In this document: one piece after another, positions 1 through 9,022 of the stretch
Position numbering within the stretch: position 1 is the stretch's first letter
Layout of the letters: every line of letters starts with the position of its first letter
Source: Candidatus Obscuribacteraceae bacterium
Lineage (GTDB): Bacteria; Cyanobacteriota; Vampirovibrionia; Obscuribacterales; Obscuribacteraceae
DNA length: 64,000 bases
Reading direction: 5' to 3'
Assembly: GCA_044226015.1 (NCBI GenBank)
Contig: JBGAHS010000010.1
Coordinates: 256,001-320,000, forward strand
The notes under the pieces: generated by a model
Database searches by the model: none
Seen by the model: the letters and a program-made list of their open reading frames with translations, nothing else
Told to the model about the DNA's origin: nothing
Position numbers and translations under genes: made by a program

Positions 1-20
1 TTCCATGTTGCAAGTCTTAT

Positions 21-1244
21 TTAGAGTGGCAAATCATGCCGTTTTCTAGCAAATGCAAGTTGCGAGTTGATATCGTTGCTTTCGTTTGATCCTTTCTTTC
101 TCTTTAATGGTTTAGCCTGCTGCTTAATGCTAACGATTCTGCGCCCGAGCGGGTCGTCTGATCCGTTAGAGTCTAAGAGTTGCTCTCCTTCGACAAGTTC
201 CCTTAGGTCAAGATGGCTCTTATAGAGCGTTGCACCATACAAGGGCATTATGTTCAGGTCTTCTTCGCGTTCGATTCCATCTTTCGGAATTATGCGTGAT
301 TTTTCGGTTTCATTTTTGCTGACGCAAATTTCATCGCCTTTGTCCGCAGCGTAAGTGTAGGGTCTATATGCTATTCGAAAAGTCAGTACTGCAGCTTTTC
401 CTTGAATGCCATAAACGCGCATGATTCCATCATCTCTGTACTCTACTATTGCAGCCGATTTCTGCGGCACATCTATTTCACCAAAATCAGTACGTAGTTC
501 CAAATTGCTTCTTGAACCTGCAATCAAAATCATTTTTCCTTTGTGCATCACCAACTGATCCCGACGTTTATAAAATCTGCATCCACTGTCTGGAAGCACA
601 AATGCACTTGGGTCATTTTGCATGATGAATCTCTGACCCTGACCCGCGACTGCATTGAACATCGTGTCAGGCTTAATCAAGAAATTACCAGCTTCTTTAT
701 AGTAGTCTTCTCTTTCTGGTTCTTTCGAAAAATCATTATCTATTCGAATGGGATCTTTTGGTTGGCTTGTACTTGTTTGAGAGTTTGGTGATCCGCTTGG
801 GTTTGAACTTGTTGGTGAGTTTGTCGATCCGCTTGGGTTTGCATTTGTTTGCGAGTTTGGTGATTCGCCTGTGCTCGGAGTAGCTTGAGTTTCTTGGGAT
901 TCTTTTAGATTTGCATCCGATTGAGATTCATTGGAACAGCTTGAATTGGCAGCTGATTTGTTGAGACCTGCGTCACTACTTGAGGTAGACCATGCGTCTG
1001 ATCCTTCCTCTGTAGAATCCTCCGCACCTGAGTTTTCATTCGTGTTTATAGATGCATCAAATACGGTGCCCGGCGATGAAGTAACCGCGATTTTGTCTGA
1101 GTTGGTTCCACTTTGTGATTCAGTAGCCATTGCTACAATCTGGCTGTTTGAACCAATCAAAACTGAAAGAACAAGTGTGCCGCTTGTTTGTTTCCAAAGG
1201 AAACTCGGCGTTCTGAACGAACGCGACTGCGTATATTTAGCCAT
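21..1244 (-). CDS. Hypothetical exported protein with Ser/Thr/Asn-rich linker and a beta-rich (possibly FecR-like) C-terminal domain
   Basis: ORF 21..1280. ATG at 1244 follows GGAGAGG. Hydrophobic stretch TLVLSVLIG, then low-complexity SPNSQT-type repeats. Confidence 0.6.
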   Translation of the reverse strand: MAKYTQSRSFRTPSFLWKQTSGTLVLSVLIGSNSQIVAMATESQSGTNSDKIAVTSSPGTVFDASINTNENSGAEDSTEEGSDAWSTSSSDAGLNKSAANSSCSNESQSDANLKESQETQATPSTGESPNSQTNANPSGSTNSPTSSNPSGSPNSQTSTSQPKDPIRIDNDFSKEPEREDYYKEAGNFLIKPDTMFNAVAGQGQRFIMQNDPSAFVLPDSGCRFYKRRDQLVMHKGKMILIAGSRSNLELRTDFGEIDVPQKSAAIVEYRDDGIMRVYGIQGKAAVLTFRIAYRPYTYAADKGDEICVSKNETEKSRIIPKDGIEREEDLNIMPLYGATLYKSHLDLRELVEGEQLLDSNGSDDPLGRRIVSIKQQAKPLKRKKGSNESNDINSQLAFARKRHDLPL

Positions 1245-1498
1245 GCGAAAACCTCTCCGAAACAGAGTTTCGTAAAACATCTGGAAGACAAATTCAATCG
1301 GAACCGATTAGTCGCGGTTCGATAGCGGGAAGCCAATTTTCATCTTACCTCTTGCTCACCAAGCAGGCATCCGTCATTTAACGGACCCGATACTAATCAA
1401 TAACGCCCGTAGTGGCTTCAATGAGCACATTGGGCGTTAACTCGTTCGTGTATAGCGAGAGGTTCAGAAGCTAAAGCCATGCTGCCGGTCTGGTAGCT

Positions 1499-1622
1499 TG
1501 AGGATCCCTGAGCTGATGAGGATCTAAGAGATGATGAGGATCTAAGAGATGATTGCGGTATCTAAGAGCTGATTGCGGTATCTAAGAGCTGATTGGGGTA
1601 TCTGAGAGCTGATGAGGATCTG
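1499..1622. repeat. Intergenic tandem repeat, about 6.5 units of 18-20 bp
   Basis: Units TGAGGATCTAAGAGATGA and TTGCGGTATCTAAGAGCTGA lie head to tail with no unique spacers. Confidence 0.9.
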
Positions 1623-1638
1623 TGCCTTCAAGAACAGT

Positions 1639-2376
1639 TCAGGTTGAGAGTGCCAGTCCTGCTGGACCTTCTGCAGATTGTCCCTCTGCAGCCTGCATCG
1701 CTTGCTCAAGGTCCAGGCGGTAACCTTTGTTGCGTTCGGTTTTGATCACTGACTTGCGGTCAGGCAAGTCGACAGATCGGCGAAGCAGCTTGATGTGAGA
1801 TCTCACAGTGTCCAATGATGCTAGTGAGTCGTCGTGCCAAACCCGTTGAAGTAGCGCCTCAGCGGAGAAGAACTGGTTGGGATGGCGCATGAAGAATTCC
1901 AGCAAATTAATAACCATTGGACGAGCGTGAATCTCCAGCCCGTCACGGCTCAGTTTGCGAGTCACTGGGTCCAAAGCCAGGTGACCGGCAGTCAAGACAG
2001 TGCCGACGAAATCTGGCGGTCTGCGCAGTAGAGCGCGAATGCGAGCGGCCAGTTCCTTGTTCTCAAATGGCTTGGTCAGATAGTCGTCTGCACCTGCGTC
2101 GAGGCCGGTCTCTTTGTCGTCAGCAGATGTTCGGCAGGTCAACATAAGAATTGGGGTCTTGTTGCCAGCAGAGCGCAATCGCTCGCAAACGTCGACGCCG
2201 CTCACTCCCGGCATCATCCAGTCGAGGATGATCACGTCATAACTGTTAACCCGCAGGAGTTCCAGGGCTTCGCGACCACCCTGAGCTGATTGCACGGTGA
2301 AACCCTTGATCTGCAGAGTGTGCGTTATAACCTCTGTCATATCGCTGTCGTCGTCAACTAAAAGTATTTTTGCCAC
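1639..2376 (-). CDS. OmpR/PhoB-family response regulator
   Basis: Receiver motifs ILLVDDD, ILDWMMP and DDYLTKPF, plus a C-terminal winged helix (VRSHIKLLR...KGYRL). Confidence 0.95.
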   Translation of the reverse strand: MAKILLVDDDSDMTEVITHTLQIKGFTVQSAQGGREALELLRVNSYDVIILDWMMPGVSGVDVCERLRSAGNKTPILMLTCRTSADDKETGLDAGADDYLTKPFENKELAARIRALLRRPPDFVGTVLTAGHLALDPVTRKLSRDGLEIHARPMVINLLEFFMRHPNQFFSAEALLQRVWHDDSLASLDTVRSHIKLLRRSVDLPDRKSVIKTERNKGYRLDLEQAMQAAEGQSAEGPAGLALST

Positions 2377-2446
2377 TGAGGTGTACTCTATCGCCGCTGT
2401 TCTTCTCTAGTAATGTACCCTTCCTTGGGTGAACAGAGTGTGAACA

Positions 2447-3529
2447 TCACCCAGGCAGCTCAAACCAGAAGGCTGCGCCGCTTCCCGGCTTGCTGTCCAC
2501 TCCGATTGCTCCATCGTGGGCTTCGACTATTTCCTTGCAAATGGACAATCCCAACCCACTACCACCTCTCATTCGGCGGTCTGGTGAGTCAAGTTGTTGA
2601 AACTTTTCAAATAATTTGGTCTGGTCGTAGGCCGAAATTCCTGGTCCATTGTCGCTGATGTTCACCCGCCCTCTGCCATTCATTCTGGAAACGGACACTC
2701 TGACCACTGAATTTGGAGGTGAGAATTTGACAGCGTTAGACAGTAGGTTCTCGGTGACCTGGAGAATTCGCTGGGTATCCGCATAGACAAATGGGTACCC
2801 GACGCTTTCGAAACTAAGCTCGATGCCAGCTTGCTCTGCCACGGGTTTGAAGTCAGTTACAGCGTTTTCTATTAGCTCCGCAAGAGAAACGCGTTGTTTC
2901 AATAGTCGAAACTTGCCTGATTCGAGTTTCTTGAAGTCCAAAATGTTTTCAATCAACTTCCAGAGGCTCTCCGCCGCTCGGTTGGAGATGTCGATGAATT
3001 TCATGGCGGTATCATTTATGGTGCCAGCTTCTCCGTCGCTTATTACGGATAGCGAGCTTTTAATTTTGGCAATCGGACTTCTTAGCTCGTGTGAAACGAT
3101 TGAGTAAAAATCGGAAATCCTCTGCTCTGCTTCGATGCGCTTTGTGATGTCGTTTTGAACACCCACGAAAGCGAGCAGCCTACCTTGCTTTGAATGAACT
3201 GGCGATATCGTGAGCTCATTATAAAATCGCTCTCCGTCTTTCTTGTAGTTTTTGAGAATGACGGTGACAGCAACTTCTTCTTTGAGTGCCCTTTTTATTT
3301 CTCTGATTGCTTCCTGGTCGCGGTCTTCCCGTTGCAAGAAGCGGCAATTCTGTCCGAGGATTTCATCGGCGGAATAACCCGTGATATCACTGAAAGCCTT
3401 ATTCGTATAAATAATCGGGTTGTCTGGCTTCGTGGGGTCGGTGATGACGATTCCGTTTCTGACGCTCTCAATCGCTCTGAACATGAGAGCAAGCTGGTCT
3501 TGTTCACTCAGTTCGTCTTCAATAAACAT
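2447..3529 (-). CDS. LOV-domain (flavin, blue-light) sensor histidine kinase
   Basis: LOV signature GQNCRFLQ, NYKKDG and FVGVQND. HisKA SHELRSP. HATPase NLLSNAVKF, DNGPGI and GSGLGL. Confidence 0.92.
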   Translation of the reverse strand: MFIEDELSEQDQLALMFRAIESVRNGIVITDPTKPDNPIIYTNKAFSDITGYSADEILGQNCRFLQREDRDQEAIREIKRALKEEVAVTVILKNYKKDGERFYNELTISPVHSKQGRLLAFVGVQNDITKRIEAEQRISDFYSIVSHELRSPIAKIKSSLSVISDGEAGTINDTAMKFIDISNRAAESLWKLIENILDFKKLESGKFRLLKQRVSLAELIENAVTDFKPVAEQAGIELSFESVGYPFVYADTQRILQVTENLLSNAVKFSPPNSVVRVSVSRMNGRGRVNISDNGPGISAYDQTKLFEKFQQLDSPDRRMRGGSGLGLSICKEIVEAHDGAIGVDSKPGSGAAFWFELPG

Positions 3530-3555
3530 TTTTTCCTCTAAGCAAATTTCTACAT

Positions 3556-5001
3556 TTACTGATTCATTTCTGAATTCTCAATTCGATCTGTTGCTTCTTT
3601 TGTCTCCATAGGTTTGAGATAAAACTCTTCGCATAATAGCAGACCTACTGATGTAATGGGAATTGCTATTAGTGCACCGGCTACACCAAGCAAAGTAGCG
3701 CCGATCAAGATGGAAAATAAAACGATCAGTGGATGCAGGTCAACACTCTTGCCGAGCAGTTGGGGAACGATGAAACTGCTCTCCACCCATTGCTCAATTC
3801 CATACAGTAAAAAGACGAGCCCCGCCAACACCGGTCCACCCCCAGTGTCTTGATTCAAGGCAACGAGAATAGCGCTGCCGGTTGCAAGAAGAGAACCTAC
3901 GAATGGAACAAGATTAAGCAGCCCTGCCATAATTCCTAGAATCAAAGCGTATTTTAATCGCAGAATGGAAAAGCCGATGAAAAGAAACGCAGCGACGCAG
4001 AGTGATACGAGCAACTGTCCACGCACGTATCCTCCCAGTCGATTCTCCAGAGGACGTATCAGCTGTGCCCATCTAGAGCGTTTGGGTTCGGGCAGCCATC
4101 GGAGTATTTTCGGCCAAAGCGATTCGGCTTCCACAACAAAGTATGCTGCAAGGAACAGCGTGAGCACCACATTTCCCAGCAAACCAAGAACGCCAGCCGT
4201 CAGGTCTATTGTTTTGGACAGCATTTTGCTTACGAAGTCTTGCAGAGTGTCGCTCTTCACTGAAAAGTTTTTGACGAGATGACTTGCAGCAGTAGATGTT
4301 GCTTGAATTTTGCTTACTGTTTCTGTTTTGCTATGTATTACTTTGTTGGAACCTTCCTCGTTTCTGTCTGAGCCAGTAAGTTCATCGCTATCAACCAGGC
4401 TTGATTTTGCGGACTTGCCTGAACTTTTACCAGGTTCATCAGAAGCAGATTTGGGGCTGGAAGTTTGACTTTCTTCAGCCGCGCTTTCTTTACTCGCGTC
4501 TTCGTTGCCAGATGCTTCTTTACTCGCGGCTTCTTTGTCAGATGCTTCTTTGACAGATGCGTCTTTGCCTGTGCTTTCGGTCTTCGAGTCTGGTGATTTT
4601 TCCGGTTCCGAACCAGTCGTTGTCAGCTTACTGTTTCCCGATGGGAGTGCTTTCGCGTTCTCAACCAAAACTGCTGCTTTGTCTAAATAGGTTGGAAGAT
4701 TGTCATACAATTGACCTGCTTCCTCTCTAATTGTGGGTACGGCTGATATTGCTAGAAAAATGTAGATCCCCATTGTAATCAGATACATGCAGAGCACCGT
4801 AGCAATGCGCGGAACTTTTCGTGCTTGTCCCCACTCGGCCACGGGAGACATTGCTGACGCGATGGTCAAAGCAAAAATGAGGCAAATAATCAGCACCTTC
4901 AACTCAATGGCGATGTAGATAAAGAGTGCTGCAAGTAGGGCGAAAAGTACAGTTTTCAGCGCAATAGCAGTTGTTTGATTTTTCTCCGTCGGGCTGAGCA
5001 T
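3556..5001 (-). CDS. AI-2E (UPF0118) family transporter with a long disordered insertion
   Basis: Multiple TM segments and motifs YVRGQ, LNLVPFVG, PQLLGKSVDLHP and GALIAIP. S/E/K-rich insert after the third TM. Confidence 0.9.
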   Translation of the reverse strand: MLSPTEKNQTTAIALKTVLFALLAALFIYIAIELKVLIICLIFALTIASAMSPVAEWGQARKVPRIATVLCMYLITMGIYIFLAISAVPTIREEAGQLYDNLPTYLDKAAVLVENAKALPSGNSKLTTTGSEPEKSPDSKTESTGKDASVKEASDKEAASKEASGNEDASKESAAEESQTSSPKSASDEPGKSSGKSAKSSLVDSDELTGSDRNEEGSNKVIHSKTETVSKIQATSTAASHLVKNFSVKSDTLQDFVSKMLSKTIDLTAGVLGLLGNVVLTLFLAAYFVVEAESLWPKILRWLPEPKRSRWAQLIRPLENRLGGYVRGQLLVSLCVAAFLFIGFSILRLKYALILGIMAGLLNLVPFVGSLLATGSAILVALNQDTGGGPVLAGLVFLLYGIEQWVESSFIVPQLLGKSVDLHPLIVLFSILIGATLLGVAGALIAIPITSVGLLLCEEFYLKPMETKEATDRIENSEMNQ

Positions 5002-5078
5002 CTTTTATTCCGCCTTTTATCTGTGAGAATTCTACATCAAAAATGATTCCCGGTCTTTTGCCCTTGAGTTTGCGCCAA

Positions 5079-6299
5079 TCATTTCTCGGATGATATCAGT
5101 TGAACCGCATAATCCAGAGCATCATTAACGTCTGGGAAAATCCCCCTGCATAATGGTCGAAGTGCGTTCTGTTTATTTTCGTCTCTGGCAATACCGAACG
5201 CTACAACATCAACTTCCATATTCGCTGCTTTCAATAATTCAGGAAGCCTTACCATAGGTTTGATTCCTGAAATCGTGTCTTCAAAAACATAGATTCTGAA
5301 CCGCTTTGAGCCGCTGAGATCGCGCAATTCCTGAGCGTCTCCGCTTCGGGTTGCGCGATAGGCTAAATTCAAAGTTCTGCTGTCTCCCGTGTTGAGCAGA
5401 GCAGCAAGAAACGCAGAAAGTGAATGGGTCAAATTCGGTTTAGTTAGCGCTTCTGATTTCTCATCGTGCTGAGCTGCTAACCATTCCATGCTTCCCATTC
5501 CTACTAGTGGGAAAATGTCAAGCTTCGCTGCTTGAGCTGCTATTTCGGCTTCAGGAGAATATCCCACTGTGTTGTCTATGTCGGGCGGAGGATGACTGGG
5601 TCTTGCAGTGTAAATTGCAACTCGAATTCGTTTGTCCAGGCTGAGTGCTTTGAGTTTCTCGCTGCTTGAGCTTGTCATCAAAACCTCATCAATTGTTTTC
5701 AACAATGATGGACCTTCATATGAACTGCCCAATCCGTAAGTCGAAGTGAAGTCGCTTCCTAGAATAATGTTTTGGAAAATTCTCGTTCCAAAGCTGTTGT
5801 ATGGCGAGCGCGTGTCGCTCATGAAACCATTTATTAGCGCAGAAAAAAACGCCTGGTTCCTATTACCCGAGAGTCCCTCAATCAAGATTTCTGAGAGGAG
5901 GTCTGGTGGATGACTGCTTTCACCGTGGTTTCGATAGTATTCTGCCAGGCTGATATAGTCGGGGCGGGGAGCACAAGGCGTCAGCGAAATTAGCTTGGAA
6001 AGCGCTTGTTCAGCAGTCAGCTCTATTTCTGTCGATTCTATTGATACTGTATTCAACTGCTCTGCGCAGTTTTTCAAAATTGCTGCAAATGCGATGTTTG
6101 TTATGTCCCACACATCGTGAATGCCCGTTGATTCCATGTGGGCAATTTCTTCATCACTCAAAATGAGTTCCTCAGAATTTTGAATTCCGGCAAGCTTACA
6201 GAGAAACTTCAAGCTGCTGTTTATGCCGACTTTGTACGCCAGTGGCGAAACAATGACACCATCTACGTCAAACAAGAATATGTGCTCAAAGTCGGTCAT
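5079..6299 (-). CDS. HAD-superfamily phosphatase with a large cap (candidate histidinol-phosphate phosphatase)
   Basis: Motif I FDVDGV, II YTAR, III KP, IV FEDTISG. Starts 16 nt after the kinase-like gene. Confidence 0.75.
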   Translation of the reverse strand: MTDFEHIFLFDVDGVIVSPLAYKVGINSSLKFLCKLAGIQNSEELILSDEEIAHMESTGIHDVWDITNIAFAAILKNCAEQLNTVSIESTEIELTAEQALSKLISLTPCAPRPDYISLAEYYRNHGESSHPPDLLSEILIEGLSGNRNQAFFSALINGFMSDTRSPYNSFGTRIFQNIILGSDFTSTYGLGSSYEGPSLLKTIDEVLMTSSSSEKLKALSLDKRIRVAIYTARPSHPPPDIDNTVGYSPEAEIAAQAAKLDIFPLVGMGSMEWLAAQHDEKSEALTKPNLTHSLSAFLAALLNTGDSRTLNLAYRATRSGDAQELRDLSGSKRFRIYVFEDTISGIKPMVRLPELLKAANMEVDVVAFGIARDENKQNALRPLCRGIFPDVNDALDYAVQLISSEK

Positions 6300-6315
6300 T
6301 CTTATTTTTGCTCGC

Positions 6316-7653
6316 TTAGTTTGGCTCGGTAAAGATATCGGATACTATCTCTGTGAATTTATTTTGTCCAGTGTGCTTGATGGAACCGAGAGCGATCGCG
6401 AGGGCTAGACCCAGCCATTTTATTGATTGCGGGTAGCGTTCTGCGAGTGTTCCATTTGGCACGTAATCAGCAAACAAATTTACAGTGAGGAAGGGACAAC
6501 AAAATAAAGAGCAGTGTAAATATTCCTTCCAATTTGCAGGAAGCAAATTTTTGCTCTTAAGCAGTCCAATCGTCGGTTGCAATAAGTGTGCTTTCTTTGC
6601 AGAAAGGTGTTGCAGCCTCAGAGAACTAGGGCAGAAATCGTGCTCTATGGTTATACGCTTGTTTTCGATCTCTGCGTTGAGAGTGATTTCACCAGCTACC
6701 TGCTCGGGGAAGTACATCCATCTAGCAAATATGTTGTGAAACAGTGGCTTCGTTAAGTCAAGGAGTGCATTGTGTCGACCGGCGAAGGCTGGGTCAAACA
6801 TCTTCAACTCGTGGTTTTGTCCGACCAGGAATATATTGCCATTATGAGCATCTCCGTGTCCCACAACAGTGGCAGTCATCTCTTCTGGCGCATTTTCGGG
6901 AGTGAGAAGCTGGACGCTGCGTTCGATTATTTTTGCAAGAGTATCTTCGTAGCTCACTCCATTGATTGTCCAGGTGCAGTCAGCAAGCTGTTCAAAGTTA
7001 ATGCTTCTTTCTTTGAGCGTGATGGCTTTGCTTTTGTAAAACAGCCCCAGTCGCCCATCTGCTCGGAGGCGATGTGCGAAGAGCTGGTTTATCGGAGCGC
7101 TGGACTGTTTAGATTGCGCTGTAAGTTCGAGCGATTTCTCGTAAATTGAAAATACCTGTTTCTCAAGTTCAATTTGTCCATCGAGATATGTTTCTGTCTT
7201 ATTGCTCTTGTTATTTTCTGAACTCGGATGAGAATTGGAATTAGAGCCAGCGCCCGATTCGTTGCCCTGTGAATTCTTGAGGATGATGTCCTCTGACTCT
7301 TTCAGCTTGTCGAAGAGCGTAGGGTAGGTCAGAATTTCATAAAGCGCAATTTGTTTTCCGGGTCTATGTTGAATTTGTTTAGCCGAAACTACTGGATATC
7401 CCGCTTCTGCCAGTGATTTTGCATTGTAGTACTCCGAGACTTGCTCGTTTTCTTCAACGTGAGTCTTGAAGAATACTCTTTCATTATTTGAGTATGTTAT
7501 AAATCCATTTATGGAGTTGAGGGACTCCGGTCTTGGAGTCAACTCGACCTTCGTTATTTCGGTGTCTTCGTTTTCTTGTAAAAACCTGAGTAGTTCCAGT
7601 TCCGCTCGCTGTTTCTCACTAAACTGCAATTTCTGAATCTCTAGAAGTTGCAT
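6316..7653 (-). CDS. Aminoglycoside-phosphotransferase/choline-kinase-fold protein
   Basis: FFKTH (ATP-binding Lys), HGDAHNGN catalytic loop, FDPAFAG metal-binding loop. Confidence 0.75.
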   Translation of the reverse strand: MQLLEIQKLQFSEKQRAELELLRFLQENEDTEITKVELTPRPESLNSINGFITYSNNERVFFKTHVEENEQVSEYYNAKSLAEAGYPVVSAKQIQHRPGKQIALYEILTYPTLFDKLKESEDIILKNSQGNESGAGSNSNSHPSSENNKSNKTETYLDGQIELEKQVFSIYEKSLELTAQSKQSSAPINQLFAHRLRADGRLGLFYKSKAITLKERSINFEQLADCTWTINGVSYEDTLAKIIERSVQLLTPENAPEEMTATVVGHGDAHNGNIFLVGQNHELKMFDPAFAGRHNALLDLTKPLFHNIFARWMYFPEQVAGEITLNAEIENKRITIEHDFCPSSLRLQHLSAKKAHLLQPTIGLLKSKNLLPANWKEYLHCSLFCCPFLTVNLFADYVPNGTLAERYPQSIKWLGLALAIALGSIKHTGQNKFTEIVSDIFTEPN

Positions 7654-7688
7654 TGTTCCCTCAATGATGGTTGATAGATTTGCGGAGC

Positions 7689-9017
7689 CTAGACGCCTGT
7701 TTTGTCGAAGCGAATGTCAACGCTGCGCTTGTGTGCATCAAGACCTTCTACGGTAGCGATTGTCTGCACAATCGGGCGCAGGCGCTCAAGTCCTTTCTTC
7801 GTCAATGTCGAGTACTGAACTCGCTTCATGAAAGTCCAGACTCCGACTGCTGATGTTTGCCTTGCCCAGCCGCTGCTGGGAAGTACGTGGTTAATGCCGG
7901 TGGCATAATCACCGGTCGCGACCGGATTGTAGTAGCCTAAAAACGCCGAGCCGGCATTCTCTATTTTTTCTAGCGTAGCTTCCGGTTTTTCCGTGAGTAT
8001 TTCAAGATGTTCAGGCGCATACTCGTTTGTGAAATCGATGGACTTGTCTACAGATTTTGTGACTACGATTGCGCTGTAGTTTGCCAGGGCAGTCTCAATA
8101 TACTTCTGACGGCTAAGTTGCTGATACTGCTTCTCTACTTCAGCTTGTGTCAGCTTTGCCAACTCCATTGATTCCGTAACTAGAACACCGGCAGAGTCTG
8201 GTCCGTGTTCGGCTCTAGCGAGAATGTCGGCTGCGCAATATTTTGCCTTAGTAGCAAGGTCAAGCTCGCTTGTGGTGCTGCCATCGGCCAAAATGATAGC
8301 TTCACTAGGACCCGCTGGCATATCGATGCCTACCTTGCTCTGACAAAGAATCTTGGCGGCGGTGACGTATGGGCTGCCTGGTCCAGCAATGATCTGCACC
8401 GGTGCTATCGTCTTCGTGCCGTAGGCCATAGCTGCAATTGCTTGCGCTCCACCTACCCGATAGATTTCACTGACACCACACTCATTTGCTGCGATGAGAA
8501 CCTCGTACCCTTTGCCCCTTGGTGAAATGCAAGAGACTATGCGTTTGCACCCGGCTGTTTTGGCTGCGATTGCCAGAATTTGTTGCACTGTAGGAAACGG
8601 GTTTTTTCCGCCTGGTACATAGAGTCCGGCAGATTCTATCGCTGTCCACTTCTCACCAACTGTAATACCATCTTCCAGTTGCTTTTCCCAGTTTGGAACT
8701 TGCTCTTTTTGGAGTTCATGAAAGCGCCGAGCTAACGAAATTTGTTCCTTGATTTTTTCGATTATTTGTTTGTCTGTGTTCGCGTAAGCCTCATCGATGT
8801 CTGCTTTACTAACAACCAACTTTGACTGTTCATATTCAGTGTCGTCCCATTCTCTGGTGAAGCGAACCAGTGCTTCGTCACCGTGCACACGCACTTCTTG
8901 TATGATCTCCTCGACTTTTGGTTTTACATTATCTATGTCCTGGTTTGCGCGCTGCATCACCTTTTCCATTTCAGCTGCAGAGCTTTTATCCAGTTCGTAT
9001 ATTTTGATCATGTTCAT
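7689..9017 (-). CDS. hisD: Histidinol dehydrogenase (divergent)
   Basis: Motifs YVPGG, GGAQAIAA, IDMPAGPSE, AEHG, APEHL, GDY, NHVLP and EGLDAH. Confidence 0.92.
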   Translation of the reverse strand: MNMIKIYELDKSSAAEMEKVMQRANQDIDNVKPKVEEIIQEVRVHGDEALVRFTREWDDTEYEQSKLVVSKADIDEAYANTDKQIIEKIKEQISLARRFHELQKEQVPNWEKQLEDGITVGEKWTAIESAGLYVPGGKNPFPTVQQILAIAAKTAGCKRIVSCISPRGKGYEVLIAANECGVSEIYRVGGAQAIAAMAYGTKTIAPVQIIAGPGSPYVTAAKILCQSKVGIDMPAGPSEAIILADGSTTSELDLATKAKYCAADILARAEHGPDSAGVLVTESMELAKLTQAEVEKQYQQLSRQKYIETALANYSAIVVTKSVDKSIDFTNEYAPEHLEILTEKPEATLEKIENAGSAFLGYYNPVATGDYATGINHVLPSSGWARQTSAVGVWTFMKRVQYSTLTKKGLERLRPIVQTIATVEGLDAHKRSVDIRFDKTGV

Positions 9018-9022
9018 AACCT

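Noticed and set aside
1499..1622. Possible CRISPR array or iteron set
   Set aside because: No spacers, unit length varies between 18 and 20 bp, and no rep or cas gene is nearby.
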